Below the pieces are notes generated by a model. The model was not told the DNA's origin and ran no database searches. It saw only the letters and a program-made list of their open reading frames with translations. The position numbers and the translations under genes are program-made. A stretch of DNA of 62,317 bases, filler included, from a bacterium (GTDB lineage Bacteria; UBP15; UBA6099; JAJRTR01), in NCBI GenBank assembly GCA_024278215.1. It is 3 parts of 3 records of this genome, joined end to end, with 100 filler letters (N's around TTAATTAATTAA, not from the genome) between each part and the next. Parts side by side here need not be neighbours in the genome. Positions count along the whole stretch, not along the records: positions 1 to 25,582 come from JAJRTR010000011.1; 2 more parts are not named here. One strand, 5' to 3'. Shown in pieces: positions 1 to 11,039 of the stretch (positions are counted from its first letter, which is position 1; each line of letters begins with the position of its first letter).

Positions 1-435
1 ATGCTCGATACACCGCCGCAAACATTGCGGATATACGAAAAAGCCAACCTTGTCGTGCCGAAAAGGACTTCCCGCAATACGCGTCTGTATTCAATGCGTG
101 ATGTGGAAAAACTTCAGCGAATCGTCCGTCTTCATCAGGACCTCGGCATCAACCTCGCAGGCATAGAAGTAATACTTCACATGCGTCTTAAGATGGAAAA
201 AATGCAGAATGAGTTCAGCAGGTTCGTCAAGCTGGTCAGGGACAGGTTCGGAGAAGACATGGGCGACGGACTCGACGAAAACTCGACCGACCTGGTCCCG
301 CTTTCAGATCAGGGTGCGTATATAATGAAGATAATAGACGTTAAGCAACAGGAATTCGGCAAGGATGATAAAGCAGTTGAAGATATAAATACCAAAATCG
401 ACGATGCTGATATTATTGATAATGTGAGTGAGTGA
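1..435 (+). CDS. MerR-family transcriptional regulator (HspR-like), probably 5'-truncated by the window edge
   Basis: PQTLRIYE...PKRT...RLYS...DLGINLAGIEVIL matches the MerR/HspR helix-turn-helix pattern. Confidence 0.85.
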   Translation: MLDTPPQTLRIYEKANLVVPKRTSRNTRLYSMRDVEKLQRIVRLHQDLGINLAGIEVILHMRLKMEKMQNEFSRFVKLVRDRFGEDMGDGLDENSTDLVPLSDQGAYIMKIIDVKQQEFGKDDKAVEDINTKIDDADIIDNVSE

Positions 436-526
436 TTTCCTGCATTGTGTTCCCCGGAAAATACTTCCTGACTTAAAAACGGAAACGCAAGAAAATCATA
501 AGTAATTCCATAACCAACTGAACGAA

Positions 527-3361
527 TCAGGAATCAGGCGATGTGTCGAGTTTGTCGAGATACTCCTTGAGAAAGGTGCCCGTTACGGAATTTTTATTTG
601 AAATTATATCCGCGGGGCGGCCCTGCGCGACGATTTCGCCGCCCATGTCGCCGCCCTCGGGGCCGAGGTCGATGACATGATCCGCTTTGGCGATCACGTC
701 GAGGTTGTGTTCGATGACGATCACGGTGTGGCCGTCCGCGATGAGGCGATCGACGCATCGCAGGAATTTCCCGACTTCGTCGGGGTGAAGGCCCATCGTC
801 GGTTCGTCGAAAATGAAAAGTCCGTGTCCTTTGCCTGAAGAGTTGAGTTCACGCGCGATCTTCAGACGCTGGCCCTCACCGCCGGAAAGAGTGTTGAGCG
901 GCTGGCCGAGCCGAAGGTAGCCGAGACCGACCTCCTCGAGCACGAAAATCTTGCTCGCGAATGTTCCCGCGCTCTGGAAAAAGCCTATGGATTCGCTGAC
1001 TGTAAGATCGAGAATCTGCGCGATATTTTTATCCTGATATTTTACTTCGAGTATGCTGGGCATGTAGCGCGCGCCGTCGCACTCGTCGCATTTCACATAG
1101 ACGTCGGCGAGGAACTGCATGTCGATCTTCAGAAAGCCGGACCCCTCGCATTTGTGGCAGCGACCGTCGGGTGTATTGAACGAGAATGCGCCGGGGCCGA
1201 GCCCGCGGCGTTTGGCGTCGGGAGTGTTGGCGAGCATGAGACGAACGGGCGAGAAGAGGTCCATGTAGGTAAGCACATTGGCGCGCGGGTTGCGACCGAT
1301 AGGGTCCTGGCCCATCATCTCGACAAAAGAAAAGTGGTCGATATTTTTTATTCCCGCGCAGTCGCCTGCCTTGATGTTTTCCCTGCCCAGCGTGCGTGCC
1401 ATGCGCGGATAAAGTATGTCGCACACCAGCGAACTTTTTCCCGAGCCGCTGACGCCCGTCACGCAGGTGAACCTGTTGATGGGAAAACGGACATCGATAT
1501 TTTTGAGGTTGTTGTGCGATGCCTTATTGATAGTCAAAAACATGGCGGCTTTGGTCTTGAGTTTTGCGCGGTGGAAGTCGGAGACTTTTTTGCGGCCCGT
1601 GAGATACGCCGCTGTGATCGCCTTCCTGTTTTTTCTGAATTGTTTTATCGTGCCGTTGAAGACGACGCGACCGCCGTCTTCGCCGGGTCCGGGTCCCATG
1701 TCCACGATGCGGTCTGCTTTGGCGATGACCTGGAGGTCGTGCTCGACGACGACTATCGTGTTGCCCAGGTCGCGGAGGTCTTTGAGCACGCGCACGAGAC
1801 GGTCGGTGTCGCGCGGGTGAAGTCCGACGGTAGGTTCGTCGAGCACATACAGAGTGCCGGTGAGGCGCGAGCCGAGGAAGCCCGCGAGGTGAATGCGCTG
1901 CATCTCGCCACCGGAAAGTGTGCGCGAAAGCCGCCATAGCGTGATGTAGCCCAGTCCGATCTCGTCGAGATATTTTGTTCTCGCTTTTATTTCCTTCAAC
2001 GGGAGTTTCACCAGATCAGCAGCCTGGCCCTCGAGTTCGAGCGCGTCGAAGAAGCAGCGCAACTGCGACACAGGCATTTCGCCGAGCTGGGCGATGTTCC
2101 TGCCGCGTAGTTTAACACTGCGGGCGAGCGGGTTGAGGCGCGAGCCGCCGCACTCGGGGCAACGATTCAGGCTGCGGTAACGCATCAGTATGAAACGGTT
2201 GTTCGCCTTGTATGTTTTCCTTTTCAGCCTGTCGAAGTAGGTGTCGAGCCCGTAGAGTTTTTTGTAGCCGCGCATGAGGCGGTCGATCTCGGTTTTCGTC
2301 AGTTCACTGAAAGGAACATCCACGCGCACACCGAGGTCCTCTTCGGGCTGTGCCCACATTTTACGGACATACTTCCTGACGCCCTTTGTTTCCCACGGCT
2401 CGACGGCTCCCTCGCGGAGTGTTTTGGTTTTGTCGGGCACGACAAGGTCCATATCCACAAGGTAAACGTCGCCGAAGCCCTTGCAGTGCGGACAGGCACC
2501 GAGCGGGCTGTTGAAGGAAAGGTTCTGCGGCGACGGGCGTTTGACATCTATGCCGCAGGCGGTGCAGCGGGGCAGGTCGGAATAGGTTTTAACTTTTCCG
2601 TCGACCGACTGAACGAAGAACATGCCCTCCCCTTCCTTGAGGGCGGTCTCGAAGGAATCGGCGATGCGGCTTTTCTTTTTCGGATTGATAATGATGCGGT
2701 CGACAACGATGAAAATCTGGCGGTCGTCGGGCGGCGCGTCGAACTCGTCGCCGGGCGGTTCGACGGCCTGGGCAAGAGTTTCCGCGTCTGCCGTTTCGAG
2801 GTCTATCAGCGCGTCGCCGGCCATGATATACGAGTAGCCACGCGCCCTGACGAGGTCGGCCAGCAGCTCGGGCGTCATTTTCTGCGATATCGCCAGCGGG
2901 GCGAGCACATAAGCTTTCACGCCGGTGAAGGTGTCGAAGGCGTCAGCGAGCATTTCGTCGACTGTCGACTGCTCGACCGGCCTGCCGCATTCCGGGCAGT
3001 GAAGCTCGCCTATTTTTGCATACAGCAGCCGGAGGTAATCGTAGATTTCAGTAACGGTGCCGACCGTCGAGCGTGGACTCTTGTACGTATTGCGCGACTG
3101 GACAGCGATCGTCGGGCGCAGACCCTCTATCGAGTCGACGTCGGGCTTGTCCAGCCGCTCCAGAAACTGGCGTGCGTAAGTGGATTGCGACTCGACAAAC
3201 CGGCGCTGACCTTCAGCGAATATCGTGTCGAAAGCAAGCGAACTCTTTCCCGAACCGCTCACGCCCGACACCACAGTCAGCTTGCCGTGTTTTATATCAA
3301 GCGAAATGTTCTTGAGATTATGCTGCCGCGCGCCTTTTATCCTGATGCTGTCGAACGTCAA
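527..3361 (-). CDS. uvrA: Excinuclease ABC subunit A
   Basis: [10 protein letters not shown] start, two Walker A motifs ([10 protein letters not shown]), two LSGGE signatures, CxxC zinc modules, DEPT Walker B motifs; 944 aa. Confidence 0.97.
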   Translation of the reverse strand: MTFDSIRIKGARQHNLKNISLDIKHGKLTVVSGVSGSGKSSLAFDTIFAEGQRRFVESQSTYARQFLERLDKPDVDSIEGLRPTIAVQSRNTYKSPRSTVGTVTEIYDYLRLLYAKIGELHCPECGRPVEQSTVDEMLADAFDTFTGVKAYVLAPLAISQKMTPELLADLVRARGYSYIMAGDALIDLETADAETLAQAVEPPGDEFDAPPDDRQIFIVVDRIIINPKKKSRIADSFETALKEGEGMFFVQSVDGKVKTYSDLPRCTACGIDVKRPSPQNLSFNSPLGACPHCKGFGDVYLVDMDLVVPDKTKTLREGAVEPWETKGVRKYVRKMWAQPEEDLGVRVDVPFSELTKTEIDRLMRGYKKLYGLDTYFDRLKRKTYKANNRFILMRYRSLNRCPECGGSRLNPLARSVKLRGRNIAQLGEMPVSQLRCFFDALELEGQAADLVKLPLKEIKARTKYLDEIGLGYITLWRLSRTLSGGEMQRIHLAGFLGSRLTGTLYVLDEPTVGLHPRDTDRLVRVLKDLRDLGNTIVVVEHDLQVIAKADRIVDMGPGPGEDGGRVVFNGTIKQFRKNRKAITAAYLTGRKKVSDFHRAKLKTKAAMFLTINKASHNNLKNIDVRFPINRFTCVTGVSGSGKSSLVCDILYPRMARTLGRENIKAGDCAGIKNIDHFSFVEMMGQDPIGRNPRANVLTYMDLFSPVRLMLANTPDAKRRGLGPGAFSFNTPDGRCHKCEGSGFLKIDMQFLADVYVKCDECDGARYMPSILEVKYQDKNIAQILDLTVSESIGFFQSAGTFASKIFVLEEVGLGYLRLGQPLNTLSGGEGQRLKIARELNSSGKGHGLFIFDEPTMGLHPDEVGKFLRCVDRLIADGHTVIVIEHNLDVIAKADHVIDLGPEGGDMGGEIVAQGRPADIISNKNSVTGTFLKEYLDKLDTSPDS

Positions 3362-3367
3362 TTTTCG

Positions 3368-4252
3368 TTACACCCCGAATGCTTCTTCAAAAAGATCGGC
3401 TACAGGCCGCCAGTCGGGCGCTATCACCGCGATGTCCAGCATGTCGAGCACGTCGCCCGCCGGGCTGAAACCGAGCGCGGTGCCGCCGAGTTTTTTCGCC
3501 TCGTCGAACATCATTATGTCGTCGCAATCGTGGCCCACGACGAGCACATGTCTCGCGCCGTACTCCTCGACTCGCGCCCGCACCCTGTACCTCTTATCTT
3601 CGTTTTCAGTATAAGTTTTTTCCGGCGAATATCTCACGAACAGCCCGTCATCGTCGATCTCCACCTCATTGCAGTCGCGGAAATTCACCCGCACGCCATG
3701 TTCCGATTCCATACGCTCGAGCAGCCTGTCCATAACATTATTTATACCCAGGCTGACCACGCCGACAGGCACCCCGCGCTTCGCGACGATCTCCAGAGCC
3801 CGCGGAGCGCCCTCGGAAAACGGCGGGGCGACTTCGCCGATAGCGTCCTGGAAGTATTGGTCGGGTATGCCTTTTACAAATTGCTCAAACGTCCTGTTTA
3901 GCTTCGAGTTCTGCACGCGGCCCGTGATTCTCTGGACGGCGACCTTTCCGACGAGCCTGCCCGCGTTGCGCGCCATGCCCGCTACGAGATGCGAATGAGT
4001 GTTGTCGAAAGGCGACAGCAGGACACGGCGGAAGATGCCCAGCCCGACGACGGCCTGCGATATTGCCGGGCAGAGACATTCGTCGAAATCGCTGATGAAC
4101 AAGTCTGTCGCTGCGATGCGACGCAACGTTTTCGCGCCGCTCTCGCGCGACCACACGCGGGGGCTGATCTCTTCGAACCCTTTTCTGCCGAGCGCCGCGC
4201 GGTTTGCCCTGTGTCTGTTGTTACTGCCCGTCTCTATGGTCTCCCTGCTCAT
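3368..4252 (-). CDS. HAD-superfamily hydrolase/phosphatase
   Basis: Motif I ISDFDECL, motif II VVSLG, motif IV-like [11 protein letters not shown]. Confidence 0.7.
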   Translation of the reverse strand: MSRETIETGSNNRHRANRAALGRKGFEEISPRVWSRESGAKTLRRIAATDLFISDFDECLCPAISQAVVGLGIFRRVLLSPFDNTHSHLVAGMARNAGRLVGKVAVQRITGRVQNSKLNRTFEQFVKGIPDQYFQDAIGEVAPPFSEGAPRALEIVAKRGVPVGVVSLGINNVMDRLLERMESEHGVRVNFRDCNEVEIDDDGLFVRYSPEKTYTENEDKRYRVRARVEEYGARHVLVVGHDCDDIMMFDEAKKLGGTALGFSPAGDVLDMLDIAVIAPDWRPVADLFEEAFGV

Positions 4253-4299
4253 GTGATAAGGACAGAAAGTTTCACTGTCGCCTTATCCTTATCCGCTTT

Positions 4300-5310
4300 T
4301 CACAACTCTTCGACCACCTTCACGCCGGCGCGGGCGATACTGCAATCGAGCACATCCGCCCCGGCGTCGGCGAGTGCTGCCCGCACGTCGCCGGCAGCGC
4401 CTTCGCTACAGAACGATATCATACACCCGCCGCCGCCCGCTCCGCATATCTTGCTCGCTATCGCGCCCGCGCCGGACGCGATTTCCATGTACCGGTTTAT
4501 CTGTTCATTTGTCACGCCGTCGGCAAGTAGTTTTCTGTTTTCCCATTCTTCGCCGAGCAACCTTCCGAAAGCTTCAAGTCCGCCGCTTCTCAGACAGTCT
4601 CTCATACGCAACGCGGTGTTTTTTATGCGCCCGATGTTCCGGACAGTGTTTTTATCGCCGTTGATGTATGCGCGTGTCATGTCCCAGTTGGTGGAGCCCG
4701 AGAAGCGCGGCTCGCCCGCGAATGTGACGACAAGGCGGTTTTCGAGTTCGTTTATGAGTTCTTCCGAATCGAGAAGCGGAGTCCTTCGGGTACCGTCCAC
4801 GTCAAAGCTTATGCAGCTAACGCCACCGTATGCCGCCGAGTAATAATCCTGCTTGCCGGTCGGAATGCGTATCGACTGCGCTTCGAGATTCGCGCCGATA
4901 TCAATTATCGTTTCGATGTCGTATTTGCCGCCGCACAGCATATTGAGCGCCGAGCAGAGGGCAATGAGCAGAGAAGAGGAAGCGCCGAGCCCAGAGCCGC
5001 GCGGCACATTGTTCCGGGTACGTATTGTCATGCCTGGCGCGTCCTTGAAAAAGCGAACGATGCGCACGAGCAGATCGAGTCCCCGCGCCGGGTCGAGCTC
5101 GCCGATGCGCGGAGCCGAGACTTCCCTGCCGAGGTCTTCGGAGATGATGCGGACCCGCGAGCCCGTGCAGGTCTCGATCCACACTTCGCTCATGAGAGTA
5201 ATGGCGGCATTCAGCGTGAGGCCGCCTTCCTCGAAAATGTAAAGTGGGAAAATATCCAGTGTGCCGCCTGCGAGGTCGACCCTCATCGGTGCGCAACTGT
5301 ACAGTTTCAT
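4300..5310 (-). CDS. GHMP-family sugar kinase, HddA-like (D-glycero-D-manno-heptose 7-phosphate kinase-like)
   Basis: APMRVDLAGGTLD, PRGSGLGASS, GKQDYY and KICGAGGGG motifs; start moved to ATG 5310, which has a GGAG RBS. Confidence 0.85.
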   Translation of the reverse strand: MKLYSCAPMRVDLAGGTLDIFPLYIFEEGGLTLNAAITLMSEVWIETCTGSRVRIISEDLGREVSAPRIGELDPARGLDLLVRIVRFFKDAPGMTIRTRNNVPRGSGLGASSSLLIALCSALNMLCGGKYDIETIIDIGANLEAQSIRIPTGKQDYYSAAYGGVSCISFDVDGTRRTPLLDSEELINELENRLVVTFAGEPRFSGSTNWDMTRAYINGDKNTVRNIGRIKNTALRMRDCLRSGGLEAFGRLLGEEWENRKLLADGVTNEQINRYMEIASGAGAIASKICGAGGGGCMISFCSEGAAGDVRAALADAGADVLDCSIARAGVKVVEEL

Positions 5311-5390
5311 ATTGTTGTCTCCGCCCTGCGTGCTACTGTCGTCCTGTACTCCGCGAACCATTCTCCGCTCCCGCGGACGAATACAAAACG

Positions 5391-8135
5391 TCAGAAACTC
5401 ATGTAGACTTTCATGCCGATTCTCTGGTCGAGCCGCTCATCTTCCTTTGTCAGGGTGAGGTCCGGACGGCCATAATACTGGTTCATCCACAGTTCCACCC
5501 TCGACACGTCGGTCAGCTTGTATCTAACGCTCGATTTTATCCAGTATTGCTTGCCCTGCGGTACAAGGTCGTTTATTGCAGATGTTATACTTGGAATGCT
5601 TGTAACAGCATTGATGCGGCTGTCGTTGAAACCATAGTCGAGAGAGAATTCCGACTTTTTTGAAGTTCTCCAGAACATGTTGTACGACTGCTTCTTCTGC
5701 GAGAACATAAGCTTGATCAAAAGATCGTCTGCGCCTGACACACAATCGGCGATACCATCACCGATGAACTTATCTATGACATTGCCGTCGTCATCTATGA
5801 CTTCCGTGTAATTGCCGTCGAGGCATGTTTCGGGAAGTCCGGCTTTTATTATTTCATATTTACCTGAAACTGATATATCGTCTGTGAGATAATAAGTGAG
5901 CTTATGAGAATTGTAACTCAATTCAAGAGTCGATTCGGGGCCGCGGCTATTCATACGCGCGAAAAGATTGAACCCCACAAGGGTGCTCATGCTGCTTCCG
6001 GCTGCGCTTGTGTCGAAAAACATCGGCTCCGTCTCTCCACCATTTACAAACAGGAAATCGTAATTGTAGTGGTCTTCGAGCTTTTTATAGCTGCCCATAA
6101 GCACAAATATCTCAAGGCTCTGAAGATTGATCGGGATGACATCTATTCCGAAATCGTCTGTGTTAAAGCCCGGCAGGCCGAGACTCTTGCTGACAAAATT
6201 GTGCCCCAGCCGCAGGTATCCCATCGGGAAAATGGTCAACGGCCCCTTGTTGTAATCGAAAAGAACAAAAAAAGCGTCGTCCTGGTCGCGTTGTTCCGGT
6301 ATGTCTATCCATGTTTTGAACTGCTGGCCGGGTGTCCATGTGCTCTTGATGCTGCTCCAGTAGTCGTCCCAGGCATCGTAGCCGGGCGGGTCGCTTTCGC
6401 TGCTTGGAAACGGCATCTTGAATCCGGGCCTGTTGTATGTACTGTGCGCATACTCGGTCGTTATATACAGATTTTTAACCGGCATCGGATACCTGATATA
6501 AATGCTGTTGACCGAATTCTTTTCCCACGGTAATTTTACCGAACTGTCCCCGCCGTTCCAGTAGCCCCACTTGCTCTCGTCGGTTTCGTTTTTGTCGTAG
6601 CTCGATATGCGCGTGATATATGCCCAGGATTTAACTTCGCCGAACAGATTGAACGTAATGTTCGCCGCGTATATGTAGTTGCCGCTGTCGCCGCTGTGTG
6701 TGCCCACCGCGCCCTTGATCGTGTAGTCGTTCAGCTTGAGTTCCGCGACGAATCCGTCTATCGACCTGCCCAGCGTCGTCAGCGGCGACGAACCGAACGA
6801 CACGCGCCCCGCATTCAGAGACCTCAGTTTGAAGTTGCGCGGGTTGTTTCTATCCGTTGTGAAATCCTGGTATTTTATGTGCAGATTGTACGAGTTGTTG
6901 AACCTGCTCGTCAGTGTCATATCATCGAATTTTCGCGGCTTGCTGTACTGGTTGAGTGAAAGCGATTTCCAGGGCGTGCCCGTCGTCTTGCAATCGGCGT
7001 TATCCGTCCCGCAACTACAATTGGGATAGGGACAGCTGCGTGACCTGCGCTCATAATTCACCGTCCCGCTTCCCGTGATCTTGAACCTCTGGTTCTGCTC
7101 TTCCAGTTTCTCTATATCCCGCTCGTTCCTTTGTGCTGTTCTTTTGACACTCCCTATTTCTTTTTTCAGGTCTTTCGCCGCGTCCCTGATAAGTCCTTTC
7201 TCGACATATTTTATAAGTGCCAGAAGTATCTCAAGGTCACGGTTCGTAAATTTAACGTCCTTATCGAGTTTCTTGAGGTCTTTGGGCAACTTCTTCAGAT
7301 ACTTTTCTTTATCCTTAGCCGCCTTGTTGTCTTTCTTTTTGCCAGTTTTCTTCTTACCGGTTTTTTTCGATGCCGTCGCTTTCTTTTCGTCTTTCGCCCC
7401 ATCGACTGTCTTCTTATTATCAGTCGCCGCGGCCTTTTGTATTTCCGCTTCGTCACCCTCATTTTTCTTCGCGCCGCCTGTCTTTTCCGGTTCCGGCCCA
7501 AGTGTTTTCATACCTGAAGTAACAAATACGCCCATCCGCGGCTTCGGCGCAAGTGTCACCTCGCCCGGTGTCACCCCAGGCGCAATGCCACTGATAACCG
7601 TTCTTTTTTTCAATGTCATCAGGGGTGCGGGTTCATCGGCGACACTTTCGCCGCTTGTCGCGACATCGTTCGTCCCGGCATCCGCAGGTTCGGTTGCAAT
7701 CGAATCGACTACTGACACAGGCTCGTCAAATATCGCCATGCCGGCAGTTTGCGGTTCAGGCACCACAAAGCTGCCTGTCTGTAGATACGTATTGTAATTC
7801 GTGATAAGTTTCGAGACTATCGCGGCCAGCTCGTAGCGAGTGACAGGTTCGTTGCCCCGGAAGCGACCGTCTTCGTAGCCGCCGAGCAGTCCGATATCTA
7901 TCAAGTGCTTCACGTAAGCGTATGCCCAGTGGTCCGTCGGCACATCCTTCATCGCGCCTTCATCGCCGGGCGACAACACAGGAATCTGATCGAGCCTTTT
8001 CGAGAGCAATTCCTCCTCGATATAATCCAGCGCAAAGGGATCGTCATCGGCGGATGCGGCCGCAAATACATAAGCGTTTACAAGCAACCCGAAAGTAAGC
8101 ATGTAAATTATGATTCTACAGAAAAATCTCAACAT
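5391..8135 (-). CDS. SLH-domain outer-membrane protein (SLH, long linker/coiled coil, predicted beta-barrel; OmpM-like architecture)
   Basis: Signal peptide; SLH motif KDVPTDHWAY...GYEDGRFRGNEPVTRYELAA; Lys-rich linker; aromatic-rich beta-strand region ending ...MKVYMSF. Confidence 0.75.
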   Translation of the reverse strand: MLRFFCRIIIYMLTFGLLVNAYVFAAASADDDPFALDYIEEELLSKRLDQIPVLSPGDEGAMKDVPTDHWAYAYVKHLIDIGLLGGYEDGRFRGNEPVTRYELAAIVSKLITNYNTYLQTGSFVVPEPQTAGMAIFDEPVSVVDSIATEPADAGTNDVATSGESVADEPAPLMTLKKRTVISGIAPGVTPGEVTLAPKPRMGVFVTSGMKTLGPEPEKTGGAKKNEGDEAEIQKAAATDNKKTVDGAKDEKKATASKKTGKKKTGKKKDNKAAKDKEKYLKKLPKDLKKLDKDVKFTNRDLEILLALIKYVEKGLIRDAAKDLKKEIGSVKRTAQRNERDIEKLEEQNQRFKITGSGTVNYERRSRSCPYPNCSCGTDNADCKTTGTPWKSLSLNQYSKPRKFDDMTLTSRFNNSYNLHIKYQDFTTDRNNPRNFKLRSLNAGRVSFGSSPLTTLGRSIDGFVAELKLNDYTIKGAVGTHSGDSGNYIYAANITFNLFGEVKSWAYITRISSYDKNETDESKWGYWNGGDSSVKLPWEKNSVNSIYIRYPMPVKNLYITTEYAHSTYNRPGFKMPFPSSESDPPGYDAWDDYWSSIKSTWTPGQQFKTWIDIPEQRDQDDAFFVLFDYNKGPLTIFPMGYLRLGHNFVSKSLGLPGFNTDDFGIDVIPINLQSLEIFVLMGSYKKLEDHYNYDFLFVNGGETEPMFFDTSAAGSSMSTLVGFNLFARMNSRGPESTLELSYNSHKLTYYLTDDISVSGKYEIIKAGLPETCLDGNYTEVIDDDGNVIDKFIGDGIADCVSGADDLLIKLMFSQKKQSYNMFWRTSKKSEFSLDYGFNDSRINAVTSIPSITSAINDLVPQGKQYWIKSSVRYKLTDVSRVELWMNQYYGRPDLTLTKEDERLDQRIGMKVYMSF

Positions 8136-8326
8136 TAAAGTTTTAATCGCTATATCTATTTCCGGTCTTCAGCAGCAAACCGTGAGTTCAGCCACGTTAT
8201 TGTACAACTAATTTATATAAAATCGCAATACAATATTGGCTGCCGATACAGAAAAGTTGTCGCCCGCGGCTCTTTTGGCCGACGCGGGAAGTTGTCGCCG
8301 ACAGGGTTTTGATTTAAGATACATTT

Positions 8327-9319
8327 ATGGAAACGGAACAATCCGGCGGGAGAACGCCAGTAATCGACGTGCATTGCCACATCGTGGCCCTGGGACCGTC
8401 CAGCGGGGCGATCCTCAGCCGCAGAACAAAAAACAACTATATATACAGGTCCATGCTAATCGCACAGGGCTACACCGGCGCTATATCCGACGACGAATTC
8501 GACCGCCGTTATGTCCGGCGGCTGGCCCGCGCGCTCGGCGAGTCGAAAACTACGGACCGGGCGGTCGTGCTCGCGCTGGACGGAGTCTACGACCGGGCGG
8601 GCGCGCTGGATGAGACAAGAACACATGTTTATGTTCCCAACGACTACGTTTATGATGTCGCGTCCCGGCATGACGATTTCATATTCGGCGCTTCCGTAAA
8701 TCCGCTGCGGGCGGACGCGCTGGACGAACTCGATAAAGTCGCGGCGCAGGGTGCCGCGCTGATCAAGTGGGTTCCCAACAGCCAGAACTTCGACCCGGCG
8801 GCACCCCGACTGAAGAAGTTCTACGAAAAAATGGCCGCCCTCGACATACCCCTGCTTTCGCATACGGGCTACGAGCACTGTATCCCCACCGCCGACCAGA
8901 TGTACGGCGACCCGGCACGGCTCGTGCAGGCGCTTGACGCGGGCGTTACCGTAATCGCCGCTCACGCCGGCTGCTCGGGCCATCTGCATCCCGTCGAGTT
9001 TTTCGACAACTACGTCGCGATGCTCGACCGGCACCCGAACCTCTACGGCGACCTGTCCGCCTTCTGCAATCTGTCGCGATTCGGTTATATCAGGAAAATG
9101 CTCGACATCCCCGGCTTCTTCGACCGCCATCTCCAGGCCACCGATTATCCCGTGCCGCCGTGGCCGTTCCTTTTCCCGCACATGATACCGCCCGCCGGGA
9201 TTATCCGGCTGATGCGCGTGAAAAATATTTTCGACCGTGACATCTATACTAAGAAAGCTCTGGGGATACCCGAATCCACCTGCCGGACCGCCGCCTCGAT
9301 TTTGTTTCCGTCATTATAG
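8327..9319 (+). CDS. Amidohydrolase-family (TIM-barrel) metallohydrolase
   Basis: IDVHCH, LSHTG, AAHAG and ATDYP metal-binding motifs. Confidence 0.85.
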   Translation: METEQSGGRTPVIDVHCHIVALGPSSGAILSRRTKNNYIYRSMLIAQGYTGAISDDEFDRRYVRRLARALGESKTTDRAVVLALDGVYDRAGALDETRTHVYVPNDYVYDVASRHDDFIFGASVNPLRADALDELDKVAAQGAALIKWVPNSQNFDPAAPRLKKFYEKMAALDIPLLSHTGYEHCIPTADQMYGDPARLVQALDAGVTVIAAHAGCSGHLHPVEFFDNYVAMLDRHPNLYGDLSAFCNLSRFGYIRKMLDIPGFFDRHLQATDYPVPPWPFLFPHMIPPAGIIRLMRVKNIFDRDIYTKKALGIPESTCRTAASILFPSL

Positions 9320-9516
9320 TATTACCGGTTCAAGGGACAATGATTTTTTTGCGCTTGAGAAATGTTTCCGCATTCTATAAAATATATTATCTTGGGTTTT
9401 GTAATGTTCAGCAGGCTTTCGGAAAATAATATTTTTTCTTTCTTGATTTTTATGAAATATCGAAATGAGCACAGCGGAGAATCTCGTTTTTCAATCATTT
9501 TAAAAGGAGCGCTATC

Positions 9517-10707
<1,191 letters not shown>

Positions 10708-10746
10708 TTAAATTATTGCTGGTTTTGTAATTAAGCCTGAATTCAC

Positions 10747-10874
10747 CAGTGTCACGTCAAGCTTGTAATGCCACAAGATGTGTAGACAGGGGCGGGGGCA
10801 CCGTACCACGCCCTGCACTTTTATCGTTTTTTCGCTAACCCATCTTACGTCTTTTCTTTGTTGACACGACACTA
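10747..10874. repeat. MITE-like element, family C (termini YAGTGYCnnGTCAA), with an internal GC-rich hairpin
   Basis: Ends cagtgtcacgtcaag and gttgacacgacacta are imperfect inverted repeats; homologous on the opposite strand to 44492-44644 and 42016-42069. Confidence 0.7.
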
Positions 10875-11039
10875 TTGATCACAGTTGCCACGCTTCGGCG
10901 TGGTGATTTTTTATAGGCAGCTTTTATGCTTTCTCATGAGTGTAGATGTTCGTGTTTATGAATGGTAAAATATTAGGATAATATAAGAGAGCCAATTGTA
11001 CTGTCGAACCGTTAAGAAGAATACAAAGTAAAAAAACTG

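Noticed and set aside
1029-3901. Long ORFs overlapping uvrA and other genes (e.g. 2486-3901, 16182-17345, 45965-47200, 53040-54206)
   Set aside because: They are antisense or alternative-frame shadows of well-supported genes in GC-rich coding DNA and have no recognisable motifs
9320-9516. Possible SAM riboswitch upstream of metK
   Set aside because: The region is AT-rich and I could not find the SAM-I core motifs or a convincing terminator
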